DNA of 58,899 nt, counting the filler, from Gonapodya sp. JEL0774 (lineage: Eukaryota): assembly GCA_027604505.1 (NCBI GenBank). It is 3 parts of 3 records of this genome, joined end to end, with 100 filler letters (N's around TTAATTAATTAA, not from the genome) between each part and the next. Parts side by side here need not be neighbours in the genome. Positions count along the whole stretch, not along the records: positions 1 to 19,634 come from JADIIX010000251.1; positions 19,735 to 39,286 come from JADIIX010000252.1; 1 more part is not named here. One strand, written 5' to 3'. Positions 13,215 through 27,017 of the stretch are shown here, one piece after another. The notes under the pieces were generated by a model. The model was not told the origin of the DNA and did no database searches. It saw nothing but the letters and a program-made list of their open reading frames with translations. Positions within the stretch are counted from its first letter, which is position 1. The number at the start of each line of letters is the position of its first letter. A program made the translations under genes and the position numbers.

Positions 13215-14440
13215 GGGTTGTTTCCAGTTTGTTGCTGTGACCAGCTGCGCCAACCATTTCTGCGGGCTTACCAAACACTACCACGGGCAACGATGGGCGC
13301 CTCTAAATTCACGATATATTATCTATATTGCATTGCGTACATAATATAGATGTGTCCACCATTCCTGCTCTCGGGGTCGGTGTCACTCCAAACTTACGTC
13401 TTGCTGCGTTCTTGTTTGCCCCGCCTCCAACATGCTCTATCCACCGCGGACCCCGCAACAAAGAAGTCACCAACTTCCTTCTTTAGCAGCCTCCCACCCT
13501 CGTCCCAACCCCCCACCCCCTCTCGGCCCGTCCTTTAGCGATCCCTCACACGATCCCTCGTCCCCTCCCTCGCGGCCACCCCTCACATCCCTCCTCGCAT
13601 CTCCCCCCCGCGCCCCACTTCTGCCCCATCCTAGGCGCCTCATCAGCCCCCCGCCCATCCAGTCTCCGACCACCCGTTCTCCCAATCTCATCCCCCTCGC
13701 GCAACTCACCTGCATCTCCAGCCAATGATCCACATGTCCGACTTTCCATGCTCGTCACGAGCCCGTCCCGCTCCAGCTCAGACACACTTAACTCTGTTGC
13801 CGGTTCCCGCGCTCCTCGACTGTTTCTCGGCACAACAATCAGCAACTGAACACCCATGATGGGGCCTGCCTTTACACCAGACACCAATCACGGTGTCACC
13901 CGTCCCCGAACTCCCTGTTCCGAATGTCCCATGATGGTTTTGTTGTGCTGTTCCTGCTCTGAACTGCGACTGCACTCCGATCCCCACCACGCTCCTGCAG
14001 CCACTCCAATCTACCCTTGCTGCTGTCCGCGATGTGAGGTCTCTGCTCAAATGTCTTGCGTATCGGCCACGTCGTTTCGTCCAAGGGGAGAGTGAGTCCG
14101 TCGGAATCAACACCACGCTCAACTCCACCTTCTTACACCCATCTCTCTCTCACAATCACAGTGCTCTCCCTCTCAGTTCTCGTTTCTGGCTCTGTTTCTC
14201 CTTCTGCGTCCGTTTTCCAGGTCTCCTCCGTTAAAGGGTGCGAATGGGTGGAGTTGAACCAGTGGTACCGGCGGCGACAAAGTTGAGACGGCGGGCGAAG
14301 GCGACCAGGAGGAAAGGTGGTGGCTGAACGAGGGGAACACCCGCGGGGAGGTGACGGGGGTACTTCTTTCGTCCAACGTGCGGAAGCTGGGAGCGGAGGT
14401 TGGAGCAAATGAGACCGTTATAAAGAAAACACAATAAAAC
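13215..14440. repeat. Block A, copy 3
   Basis: Begins with the motif gttt....ttt.ttgctgtgaccagct, also found upstream of the ankyrin genes (~6329, ~11992). Collinear with 1-780 and 6420-7330. Confidence 0.8.
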
Positions 14441-17400
14441 GTACCACCTGGGGTGTACATATACCATGCTCGCAACATTCACTCGGATCTCCTTCTGTCT
14501 GCCTATTCCCGCACCACCACCTCCTATTCACAGTCCTTGGCCCTCCCCAACCCCCGCATGTTCTGCCACTTGTGGCGCCACTGAGCTTTTGAATGTACTC
14601 ACCGTCGCCGCTCCTCCTCGGCACCAAAAAACCGTGTCCTCGATCTTCAGCACTGCCTGGCAGCAGTAACTTGGTTCACCTTCGACCACTCGGACCTAGC
14701 GGTGACCGATCCGGCAGACGGGTAGGTGTGATTGGCATTGCTGAGATGGAGGGGCGACAGATAGTTTTTGAGGAGAACAAGTGGGAAGGTTCGAGGGGGT
14801 GAGCCACGCAGTAAAGAACATGTACCAAATTTGCCCTTGCCTAGCGCGCATACCACTTCCCATATTCTGCCTGCCCGAGCTTGTCGTGCTGGTCAACTGG
14901 TGCCATTTACGAAGGGCGGGTGGTGCGGCTGGGTAACGGTGGACATGCAGACGCATCGCTAATGAACAGAAGGCGACATTTGGTGTACGACTGCCAATGC
15001 AAACAGTAGGGGTGAGACTCACTGAGATTTGAGACTGTGAGGAATTGACGCTTACCTCGGTCCGAGGTTTTAGTGGTGGAAGAAACGGACATTCACGAAG
15101 ATCATGCCGATTCACGAAGATCGTGTCGACGAGTTAAATGGCAGGGGGGAAGAGACCTTTGAGGAGGCATGAAAAGTAGAAAGCGTATGAAAACGTGAGT
15201 AACTGCTCGGCGAGTCTCCTCAACATTGTTTCCCGGTGCTGGGCAACCCTGGCTCCGGAAACGCCGAGCCGCATGAACAACCGTTATCTCCCAATGATCG
15301 TCCCAGCCTGACCTGCACACTTTGCGGCATTACCCACTCTTGTGGTACGGAGAAGGGGACACCGTGCTTACCACCAACTTCCACTCAGCTTGCCGCACGT
15401 TCCTCTCTTCCACGTTTCCGTCCCTCCATATCCAAAGAAGGACCAAACGCGTGGGAGTGACGGTAGGTGGTAATGGTGGTGTTGGGATTCGGTAGTGGGT
15501 GGAGCGACGAGGGAAGCGGTCGTCGACAGCACAGGGAGGCCGGGAGGAATGCAAACTGTCCAGGTGGTGGTGTTTGGCGAGGGTGATGGGAAGCAGATGG
15601 TCACAGTGAATGAACCTGTACTGAAACCAAAGAGATAAAAGAAATATGTAACTTACCGTTTGCACGTGTATATGTCACCTCTTCATCCTCTCGATCTGGC
15701 GCGCAACTGCACGCTTCCTGCACATGTCCCGTGCTCATCCCCAGCCCGACCTGCCGCTTCTCCTGTCACGAGGCGGCATCAAACTCACCTCCAATGCTAC
15801 CAACAGGTTCGCTGGAGCGAACCACTGGCGGGGCACTTCACCTTTAGTCCCGTCGGGCCTCACTGTCCCGTTCCGTGATCCGACTGGCATGGTCTCCCGT
15901 CATCGTCCACCTCAACCTAACGTCCCAAAGAAAGTTCGACAGAAGGGGCGCTTGGTCGAGGGGTCGGCGTTCCGAAGGAGGTGATGCGGAACGTCACGAG
16001 AACTGCAATGGACTGTGAAGGTGCGTTATTGGAAGTGCTCGAACTCGCCGAATCAAGAAATCACCTCGTAATGGAAACAGCTCTGACATTTCAAAGAAGA
16101 CGGTGCAGGCCAGACGTTGGGAGCGGGGAATACCTCGTCACCCAAAGACCGAGACTGAGAGAGGGTACAGACAGAGATGCAAAAAGATTAGAGACGAAGA
16201 CGAGGATGGGATCAGCGATGAGCGAGGCGGTGGGAAGGATCATTTGTTCGCTATAACTCACATACCAGGAGCTCGTCGCCCCCATCCATCCGATTGTTCC
16301 CGCCAACGAACATTTCCTTGGTAGCGATAACGTTGTGGTCAACGCGTTGCTTGCGCGTGGAAAATTAATTGGTCGTGAAGGACAAGTTCCTGGAGGAAGG
16401 ATGAGGTGATATGATATCAAACCAAAGTGCGAAGCATCACGCAGAAGGCACAGATGGCGAGATGTTTGACTGCGTGGGTGCATGAGCGATTCATTCCGGC
16501 GTACAGTCCCGGCAACCTTTGCGGGACTCGCATTCCCTGAACACACCGTCACTCACTCACCGCGCTCCATCACTCCCGATACAACTTCACGGCACAAAAA
16601 CACTGGTTTCGACTTCGAAAACGCGAAGTCCGGGCGACAAGGAGACCGAACAGGTGTGGTCGGATGGAGAGAATTGTGAGTGGGTGGAAGGGATTGGAAC
16701 AGACACACATAGGGCGATGGGATGGAACGGGAGTCGAGGCGAAAGGCGGAAAGTTGTTTGGTGCTCAGAGTGCTGAAGGAGGGAAGGGAAGAGGATTGAA
16801 TCTGCATATTCAAGTGGTGTTGGAGGAAGACCACAGCATGCCAACCATCTCCACTGCATCAATGCAGCAGTGTTACAAGATAATCGAAACTCAACTAAAC
16901 AACAACAACCAACGTGTCGCGACTCATGGTCCGTTATCTAATAAGTAGTTTCGATCCTTTATTCTCTCACTCTCATGCACAGACAAGGTCCATCTACTTC
17001 ATAACAACGATGATAATGATAATCATTATCCGCCCATCGCACAAAAAATCTCTTCAATCATTCTGTGAAGGAGTTGATCGCTCACGGAGTAGGTGTGCGG
17101 ATTCATTCAAGTCTGCAGAGAAGAGTGAAGTTCCGCCGAGACCCGCCGTATCTTGCCAACACGATCATCGCACACTCTCACAACCTGCAGGTGACAATGC
17201 ACTCACCTTCCACTCGTGACCGATCCGTGTGAAAGTCCACTTCCAACACGCCCTCAACCAGTAGCCACCACACAGCTTGAAACAAATTGGCGCTCGGTCA
17301 ACACCTGGTTGACGGCGGCATTCGGTTTGGGGGTGAGGAGTGGGGGCTTGAGCGGTCGGGACGGGAAGACAGATTGTGTATCATGGCTGGAAGCAACGAA

Positions 17401-18938
17401 CGTGAAGTTAAACCTTACGTTCACGCTTGGCGGACTCACTACACCAAAAACGGTTTGGGGAAGGGGGGGTGGTTGAAATGCACAGAGAGTGCCGGTCGTG
17501 CTGCACGTTGCGAGCGACCTGAAAAGGGGCGGAAGGCAGAGCGTGAGGATTTGTAAGCGACACCACGAATACAAACAGAAGGACTTACAGAGGACGGGGA
17601 ACCTGATTTCGTGATCATCGATGACGATTCCCGGTAGAAGTCCAGAAGGTCGTCGCGTGTCGCTGACAGATGAATGAGATGAGGCGGTCTCGGTGCCAAC
17701 AGAAAAGAACACGAGAGAAACATATGTCAAGTATGTGAAGTGCGATGCGGGGGTGGGTGCCAGGGAAGACGAAAGACGTCTGTTCGCTGTTCACTCACCA
17801 GATGCGCGAGGCCCAGGAGGTTAACGCGTCAATCCGTGCCATGCACTCGGACTGACTTCACACCAATACCAATTGAAAGAGGCTTGACGTGGTTCCCGTC
17901 CTTCATTCTGTTGGATGTCGCAGCACTGCGACTCGGAGCACTGCGGTCGGTGCCCAATCCAACATACCGGCTGAGTGCGCAGTAGTGCGCAGCTCATCTA
18001 GTGCGCAGTACTTTAGGGCGAATAGTCATTATATAAAGCGAGAGAAACTACTTTGTATTTCGGAGATAACTTTACAAGATAAGATTTACTACTGGTGAAA
18101 CTCTGCCCGACAATCCTACGTCCGAACCCCGAACTCTGAACCAGCGCGCCCGACACTGTCAAACACATTCGGCGTCCCTGGTTTCGTTCTTTGTGGAAGG
18201 AACTAGTGGAGATCTGCGATGACAAGGTCAGGGAAACCAAATGAAGAGAGCGAGATGAAAACAGTACATACTCGCCATCCCCTGATCTCCGATCGAGCAG
18301 CGCTCCACGTTCTTGCCTATCGGCTACCTTCCATGCCCCCCCGTCCGGCCTGATCTTTACGAGCACACACACCTCTCACACCAGTAGACACATCCCGGCG
18401 ACGGTCGACAGCCATATATTGCACACAATTCACCCCACACTTTTTCATTCAATGCGTTCGCATGTTGAACGGTGAAGTGGATTGGTGGAGTGGAGCGCGG
18501 AGGCGGGGTGGGATGGGAAGACGTTCGTCGGGGGGAGGGGACGAGGATCGAACGAGAGAGCGACTGAAATGGAACATGAGCGGGAGTGAACACAGGCAGT
18601 TAAGTGCGAAGGCGCGGGTTGAACGTTAGGTCGGGGTGAGGATCGATTGTGTGGATTTGTCGGTGCACATGACCAAGAGACACAACACGATTGCACGCGA
18701 CTTTTCCTCCGTCCCCTCAAGATAAGCAAAAATTTAGTGCGAGGGTAAAAGCTTTTGAGCATCTCACTAAAACTGTTTACTTTTACTGTACTGACTACAA
18801 TAAGTCTCTTCCTAAACTCTACAGATCAAAGGCACTTCACACCAAACTGAACGTGAGCAAAGAATAGATTGAAAAGGTAAAAACTCTCCCAACCACCCTG
18901 TCAGATTCCCAACTCCACCTCTCCCACTGCTGGACTGT

Positions 18939-19546
18939 TCACCTCCCTTGCCCTGATCCAGCCCCGGCCCCTCCTGCTCCAAGCACCTCAGTCTGCACAC
19001 CAATCCTCCCACTCCCACTCTGGTTCCCAGTTTCTGCCCCACCACCAGCTCCACCAAACCTCCCCATGGCCTCAGCCCCTCCTACACTATACCCACCACC
19101 CCTCGACTCCACGCCCCGCACAGGCCACGTTCCTGACGCAGGTGGTGTCGGCCCCGTAGGGTATGCAGCTGACCGTTGCGGTGGCCCAGCCACGTCGCCA
19201 TAAAACTGGGAGGAGAGAGGTGGGGCGTTGGGGACTGGACGGAAAGGGTTTGATGGGGGAGGTGCTGCGCCAATGTTGAGGCGGGAGTCGTAGCGGAGGG
19301 TGAAAGAAGGAGGTTGCAGAGGATGTTGGGAGGGTGTGTCTCTAACACATGCCATGGGGAAGGCACCAGCAGTACCACGTGCAGTGTTGAAGCCCTGGGG
19401 TGGATCACAGATGGATCATAAGGGGGCAGGGGACGAAGATGTGGAGGCAGGATTAATGAGTGGGGAACAGCACAAGAGCAATAAACAAGCGGTACTCACA
19501 GATCCCCACCCATCTGCAAACTCCAGGTTGACATAAATCTCATCCT
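18939..19546 (-). pseudogene. 3' end (SH3 C-terminal half + Pro/Gly tail) of a third ankyrin-SH3-type paralog, interrupted
   Basis: DEIYVNLEFADGWGS | intron | GFNTARGTAGAFPMACV...FTLRYDSR... is paralogous to 10023-10820. Homology stops mid-SH3 at ~19546, ~90 bp before the gap. Confidence 0.75.
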
Positions 19547-19634
19547 TTGATTAGGATGAAGAGAAGGGGGTCATGCGAGCTGCTCGGCAAAGGTTGCCGG
19601 GCCCCACTCGGGTCGGGGAAAACTCACAAAGGGG

Positions 19635-19734
19635 NNNNNNNNNNNNNNNNNNNNNNNNNNNNNNNNNNNNNNNNNNNNTTAATTAATTAANNNNNNNNNN
19701 NNNNNNNNNNNNNNNNNNNNNNNNNNNNNNNNNN
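19635..19734. other. Assembly gap with artificial TTAATTAATTAA linker
   Basis: N-runs flanking a 12-mer with stops in all six frames; same construct at 39287-39386. Confidence 0.95.
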
Positions 19735-19787
19735 TCACGATTGGATATGATTCGCCCAAAACTTTGGAGCTTGGAACTGCAGCTCAC

Positions 19788-20262
19788 ATACGTCACATCA
19801 GACCTTGTAAAAGCAAAGTCCGTTACGGAGAGCTTTGCTTCCGAGAGGGGAACGTAGCCTCCATTGGTCATGTAGGCAACTCCTGCCGCAAACGGGTTGG
19901 TGAGGGAAGATCTGGCTTCAGTATTCCACCAGATCCGTTTGTCTCCCAGAGAGAGCGAGCCATTCTCGCTCTTAAAGCCTGCAAGCACCAAGCCAAGCCC
20001 GCCGATCACGTCGAGTTGAGGTATATCGATCGGATCACGAAGCTTCACCCCGTTGGGTTCAATTTCGAGAATCGCATTGCCACGGGAGACCTCGAGGGAA
20101 ACAACGCGGAATATATCCGGAGGGAATTTTGAGGAGACTTCGGAAAGAAGCTTGAATGCGTGCGCTGCGAACGAAATGAAGCAAACATAATCAGGACGAG
20201 CATCATGAGGTTCAACGTTCCTCCGCGCTCTTACCCGAAGATTGTGGACTGCCGGACGCCAT
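19788..20262 (-). CDS. 5' part of a PLP fold-type IV aminotransferase ((R)-amine transaminase / D-amino-acid / BCAT-like), truncated by the gap
   Basis: MASGSPQSS | intron | ...NPFAAGVAYMTNGGYVPLSEAKLSVTDFAFTRSDVTY | gtgagc. Resembles the fold-IV N-terminal signature (G.A...G..VP..EA.I...D.GF..SD.TYD). Confidence 0.7.
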
Positions 20263-20687
20263 CAATGCAAAAATACGCTATTTTTAGCGTACTGATCGAC
20301 TGGATGGATGTAGGAAGTGCGGTAGGAGAACACGGGCGAGAACCCACTCGGGACACCTCCTTGTTCTGCCGGGTTAATTCACCCGATCAGCCCTGCACCA
20401 CCAGGGGCACTTACGGCCCGTGACCGGCAGTTGGCCGGCAGATTCTGAACTACAAGCATCAATAAGGTAGTTCCCAGCCCGAGTAACCGGTTAGTGGGAG
20501 ATGAATGAGAACATATCTACACGAGGAGCACCTGAGATAACTGTCTTTGGGTTGCTTTGCGATCAAATTTGACCATCAAACGTGCATGTACTTGGATGAT
20601 ACTGGTCTTTTGCTTGACTTCATCAAAACCATGATACGTACAAACTCATAGTGCAATCAATTTTTCGTTTACAAATGGACGATTGCC

Positions 20688-21789
20688 TTACAAAGCCATC
20701 GCTACCGCCGCCAACACCGCAAGTCCCCCGACAGCCGACACTGCCGCGCGACCACTCGCACCACCTGCCTTTGGTGTCGCTGATACCGAGGATGATGCGG
20801 CGGCCGCAGCGACTGCAGCGCTAGCTGTGGTGCTGGATGCGGCAACAGAAGTGGCAGATGGAGAGCTCTTTGTACCGGCACTGGCAGGGCTCGCACTATT
20901 GCTCGCGCTGCTGGAAGGGGGAGATGGAGCACCGGCAGTGGAGGGTGGTGCGGCCGCAGGCCCGCTTGAAGCAGGTGGTGTTCCTGTTTGGGGTTGTTCA
21001 ATGAAACCGTATGTCAGTCAAGTCAAACACCTCTGCGGGACGGCATCATGTCAAACTCACCGGCACTCGCTTGAGTCACACACTGAGTCTTCGCGGCATC
21101 CCATTTTGTCACACCCTGAGCTTCCCTGTCACACCCAGAGCAGAACGATATGGGGCCGATCTGGTAGACGTACGATCCGTCCGCGAGAATTGTCGCGGGA
21201 GCTCCAAGAGTGGTGTCAGAGGGACAGATGGGGTACACGTTGGACGGTGAGAAGAAGGCAGGTGGGGAGACGGGAATGATAGGTGCACTGCAGCAGCATC
21301 GGAATTTGGCCCCACCGGTGGCTGTCGGTGAACTGGAACAAACAGAATCCATATTGGATATTTGAGTGCCGTCATCAGCTAGAGCACTCAAGACATTTCT
21401 CACATGCAGCACGCTGTCATGTTATAGGAAAGGTAGTTGGTGAAGTTTGCCGTGGCGGTAAACGTTCCAGCAGAGATGCTGATGCCAGACCCGGCGGTTC
21501 CAGACTGAGCTCCGCTAAGACCAGTGGTGTAGATGACATCGATTTGACCCTACAACAATGCAAGAGACAAGCGTCAATATCAGACCAAGGAGGGCCAGTA
21601 AGAAACGCAACAGAGACCCCGAGCGATACGCACGTTGTAAGTATTGCCAGACCCAGTCACGGCGGCCTTGCATTGTGCATCAACCGCAGCTGGGTCCCAC
21701 GTCACTGTGAGCGGCGTCTGTGCGGAGGTCAGGCGGGCCAAGAATGCCGAAGCGGTGAAGGCGAGAGCGCCGAGTGTTGAGAGCTTCAT
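20688..21789 (-). CDS. Secreted Cys-rich, Ser/Thr/Ala-rich putative GPI-anchored cell-surface protein (about 4 exons)
   Basis: Signal peptide MKLSTLGALAFTASAFLARLTSAQ; Cys-rich core (VCSS..FRCCC..ICP..FCSGC..QC); S/T/P/A-rich linker; hydrophobic tail ASGRAAVSAVGGLAVLAAVAMAL*. Confidence 0.75.
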
Positions 21790-22864
21790 GGATGATGTGG
21801 GAAAACAGAACGCGAGAGACGATTGAGATGGGACGGAGTTGGTTGTTCCGGTAGGAATCGCTCCGGTTTTATAGACGAGATTTTTGTTTCGGGCGTATGA
21901 AAATTTGGCGCCTCCCATCCTGATCAAACAGGGAGAAAGCCTCCGATTTTGCAACACCTTAACGACAAGGTGGCAACAAACTATGTTCATGTGTGAGATT
22001 GGAGGCAGAAGTGCAAGAAAGAATCCGGGACTTGCATGGACTGGGATTCTAAGCAGAACTGTTAGTCTAACGGTCCACTGGGCCGAAATTACCGTCACAT
22101 AAACCTCGAAATCGCTTCCAACAGTGCAATGTAAGCACACAAGTGCGAAAGTATATTGTCCATTGGCTGAACTACCTGCGTGCAAATGGAGGAGATCGTT
22201 TGTGATCGTTGTTTCACCGGTTACCTGTGCGGGATAATATGGATAAAGCCCAGGCCAACGAAGGAGTGCCTTGAGCCTAATAAGCTGTTGATATTTCAAG
22301 CTCCATCCAACTGCTTCCAGGAAATACTTAAAAATTTCGCGCTGGAGCCCGGAGGAGGAGGATGTGCGCTAAAAGCTCGTTGGGGATGACAAGCGGAATG
22401 TACAGAAGGTAATGACGAGGTCAGAAACTGCAAAAGATGCATGACGACACATTCCCAGCTGCACAGTGGTCTGAAATGACATTGGATGCATTGCGCGACG
22501 AATAGACGAATGCAACTATCGGACTGTTCCAACGCGCTCCTCACTATCGATGAGATATGATGTGCATAGTAACAAGTGATGAGTGTAACCACACACATCG
22601 GGAGAGTATTTTTATGGTCCAGCAGTTCACGCTGGGCGGTGGGAAAAGGAGTTCAGCCGGTCCATGTCTGACCGAAGCAAAGAAGTGGCATTCTATTCGA
22701 ATATCATTCTTCCCACTTCCCACTGCCGTCGCCCACTCAGACAGCTCCAGCGCCATCATTTCCTTTTTCCGCCCACGCATTGCAATATCTGCCCGAACCC
22801 GCGACTCCCGAACCTACACCTTCCTCCACTTCTTGATCCCTGCTCCCGTAATCACTTTTCCACC

Positions 22865-24183
<1,319 letters not shown>

Positions 24184-24397
24184 TCACCTCCACACTTCGG
24201 TTGTCACGGTTGAATCACCACATCGGCGGCACCTGGCGTTCCGCCACATTATACCGTTATGTTTCTTGTGTCCGATATTAGACATGTATGAATTTGTGTT
24301 CGCTGGAGTGGACTGTGCTGTGATAAATGTATGTACTGCGGCTGCCTGCATGCACGATCAAAGATCGCCAGCGGAAATTTCCATATTCTAGCCCCAC

Positions 24398-25732
24398 ATG
24401 GCTTCCATCCACTCCATTCCCGATGAGATCCTCGAATCCATCTTTCTCCTGCTCCCTCCGCGACCGTTCTTTGAAGTCCTTCCCGCCGTGTGTTGGAAAT
24501 GGAGAAATGTATCTCGTTTCGCACTAGGAGACGACGGCAAGCTTGTGCTGGACTGCAGACTTGCAGTACAACACGATAAGCCATCTTACTCGATTGGTGA
24601 TGTGAAGATACTGGAGAGGTTTGCCATCATCGGGATGAATACGAACGGGATGAGAGAACCAATCCGGGAACACCCCCGTTTCGCCAGCGCCGGACCTCCG
24701 CGGACCGAGTGGTGCGGCATCTCCATTCCAGTAGCAGTGGGAATCGACGAATTTGAGCGGGTTACCCCCGAATCTGTCGCAGATGCGATCGCGGAGGGGT
24801 TGGGGTTGGGCGGTTTGGTCCGCGAGAGGATCCGGACCGTCTGGTTTTCGTCGGTGCATTTCCCATACGACCTGGAGGCAGAGCGGGTGGAGAATGTGGC
24901 GGAGACTCTCGGAGGGCCGTTGAGACCAAAAGCTTTGAGTCTGACAATTGATCAACTCTCAGTACTGGTTTCCGCACTCTGTTCACCACCTGTTCAACCT
25001 GTCCTTGACTCTATTGAGAATCTGGTCGTTCATGGCTACTCGTCGAATCGTTCGTCAGAACAGTTGTGGGCGTCCTTCTCGGACGTGTTCCCCAACGTGC
25101 AATCGATACAGATCGCTGGGAACATTCTCATTCACAATTTTATCGAGCACGTGACATTTGTCGCTGCTGGAGCGGATCACTTAGCAAACACAGGACTTTC
25201 AAACCTTGGTAGACGTCGTGTCAGGAAGTTTGTTTCGCATTTTGGAGGATGGTCCAATTGCGAGCTCCAGGAAACCCTCAAGATCCTTATGTACTTCCCC
25301 CATCTGACAGAAATTGGCCTCTTGGACATGTCGAATCTGAATTGGTCCCTGGAGAAGTTTGTCGAAGCCTCCACTGCCTGCCCACACTCGTTTCCCGGAA
25401 TTCGGCGCATCCACCTTAGCTTCGACAGTTCCTCAAGATACACTATTGATTTCCCACCTTTGGACAAGCTCAATAGCTGTTTCCTGCAATTCACAATCTT
25501 GTTCCCAAATATTGAAGAAGTCTCCATCATTGTCGGAGAGCTGGTGTGCTCACACCGGCACCATGACATACGCCATGTGCTTCACGCGCTCCCTGTTCCA
25601 CGGGTACGCTTGATGTGTGAGGGTTGGACCAAGTGGGAAAGGCTGCTGAAATTGTGTGTAAAAGGACTTGATAAGGTTGTTCTTGTGGATGATTCTGTAG
25701 AGGAAGCATATTTGGACTATTCGCAGGATTGA
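24398..25732 (+). CDS. F-box protein with LRR-like C-terminus, intronless
   Basis: IHSIPDEILESIFLLLP..FFEVLPAVCWKWRNV; repeated FP.L..L motifs; 444-aa ORF. Confidence 0.85.
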   Translation: MASIHSIPDEILESIFLLLPPRPFFEVLPAVCWKWRNVSRFALGDDGKLVLDCRLAVQHDKPSYSIGDVKILERFAIIGMNTNGMREPIREHPRFASAGPPRTEWCGISIPVAVGIDEFERVTPESVADAIAEGLGLGGLVRERIRTVWFSSVHFPYDLEAERVENVAETLGGPLRPKALSLTIDQLSVLVSALCSPPVQPVLDSIENLVVHGYSSNRSSEQLWASFSDVFPNVQSIQIAGNILIHNFIEHVTFVAAGADHLANTGLSNLGRRRVRKFVSHFGGWSNCELQETLKILMYFPHLTEIGLLDMSNLNWSLEKFVEASTACPHSFPGIRRIHLSFDSSSRYTIDFPPLDKLNSCFLQFTILFPNIEEVSIIVGELVCSHRHHDIRHVLHALPVPRVRLMCEGWTKWERLLKLCVKGLDKVVLVDDSVEEAYLDYSQD

Positions 25733-25827
25733 TAAGCTTTGTAAATCACCAGACTACATTTATCAGTACTTTGTGAGTGGTTTGATCCTGGCCGGTGTTT
25801 CAAGTTCACCTTCCCAATCGTGAACCA

Positions 25828-26630
25828 ATGCACGCCTCTGTAGCTCGTGTGCTTTCCTCCAGGTCATCGCGATGGCTCGCGTCGCCTTTGCTCCCGGTAT
25901 CTGCGGCTCCGTTCGTGCCTCCCATGCTGTCGCGTGCTCAATCAAAGAAAGGTGAGTGAACCACCTTTCCACGCCGCTCGCTCCACCAAGTCGTCACTGT
26001 ACCGACAAACTCGACCGTGATGATGATCACACCGTATTGGTCTTCTCTTCAGGAACCGCCAAGGTCAAGTCCATCGCTAAACCGAGCTCGGTGGTCGCAC
26101 CCCCTCTCCCAACACTTCCGCTCCCTCCCCCCCCTGAACCAATTCGCCTCCACAACAAATCCATCCGTAGAACCCTCGATCTCGACCTGCGACGGCGGTA
26201 CGATCCTCCTCAAACACCGGCACCTGGAAGGACCGTTGCACCCCCATCTCGAATGGATCTTTTCTCCCGCACACATCCCAAACGCATCACTCCTGGCTCC
26301 GTTGTTTTGGTAGAGCAAGCACAATCTGTCACCCGACCTTCTCGTACCACTTTTGCCGGGGTCGTCATTGCAATAAACCGCAACGGACTGGCGACCAACT
26401 TTACAGTTCGAAATCTCGTTCTTAAAACCGGTGTGGAGATGACATTCCCCGCGTTTTCACCACTCGTGACCAAAATCGACGTTTTGGAGCGAGGGAAAGG
26501 ATATAGGAGGGCCAAGCTGTACTATTTGAGGGAGCGCCCGAAGGTGTTTGAGAGGGTGGAAGATGTAAAGAAGAGGGCAGCGGTGGCAGCTGCAGCGAGA
26601 GTCAAGGACACAAATTCGACGAACGTGTGA
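25828..26630 (+). CDS. MRPL19: Mitochondrial ribosomal protein L19 (bL19m; yeast Img1)
   Basis: Arg/Ser-rich presequence MHASVARVLSSRSSRW, intron ~25952-26052, then FAGVVIAINRNGLATNFTVRN..GVEM.F..FSP and RRAKLYYLR. Confidence 0.92.
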
Positions 26631-27017
26631 ACAGTAAATAGGACCCGCTCGATACTTGTAGATGGAATACATATTGGCGCACACCCACGAGCGACTCTGA
26701 TCCAAAGCCAGAGTTGAACAGATGATACGCTTCAATCAGAGTTTTTTGTTACTTTAAGAACACGTTTCGACGCATCAGTTTTTAATTCCGCTTCAGTGGC
26801 GGCTGTTCTTCTTTTCCCGGAGAAACGATTCTCCAGTGATGACGTTTCTCCGTAGAAAATATGGATGACATCACCCGTTCACAGTTTCTCCTACTTTCTA
26901 TCGAATTTCAGTTCTCATTTGCGCATCTGTTTGCTCATTGATCAAAGCGCGTTGTCCCATCAAAAGCCGACTCCCTCGAGTGTTCATTTATCTCAGTTGG
27001 TGAGTCCAGTTGTGCAC

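Noticed and set aside
15091..15129. Imperfect ~19-bp tandem duplication (attcacgaagatc..)
   Set aside because: Ordinary slippage product in degenerate intergenic DNA.
17920..18012. Clustered agtgcgcag x3 and gcactgcg x2
   Set aside because: Short and irregular, with no spacer structure or matching terminus elsewhere; not CRISPR-like.
19679..19690. TTAATTAATTAA palindrome (also 39331-39342)
   Set aside because: Embedded in N-runs at both gaps; an artificial scaffold linker, not biology.
20683..21279. 198-aa plus-strand ORF and other shadow ORFs such as 36511-37374 and 5642-6277
   Set aside because: Antisense or alternative-frame overlaps of better-supported genes in GC-rich sequence.
26818..26852. 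10-bp inverted repeat with 15-bp spacer; similar short ones at ~2150-2178 and 37423-37443
   Set aside because: Short enough to arise by chance in 59 kb, with no supporting context.
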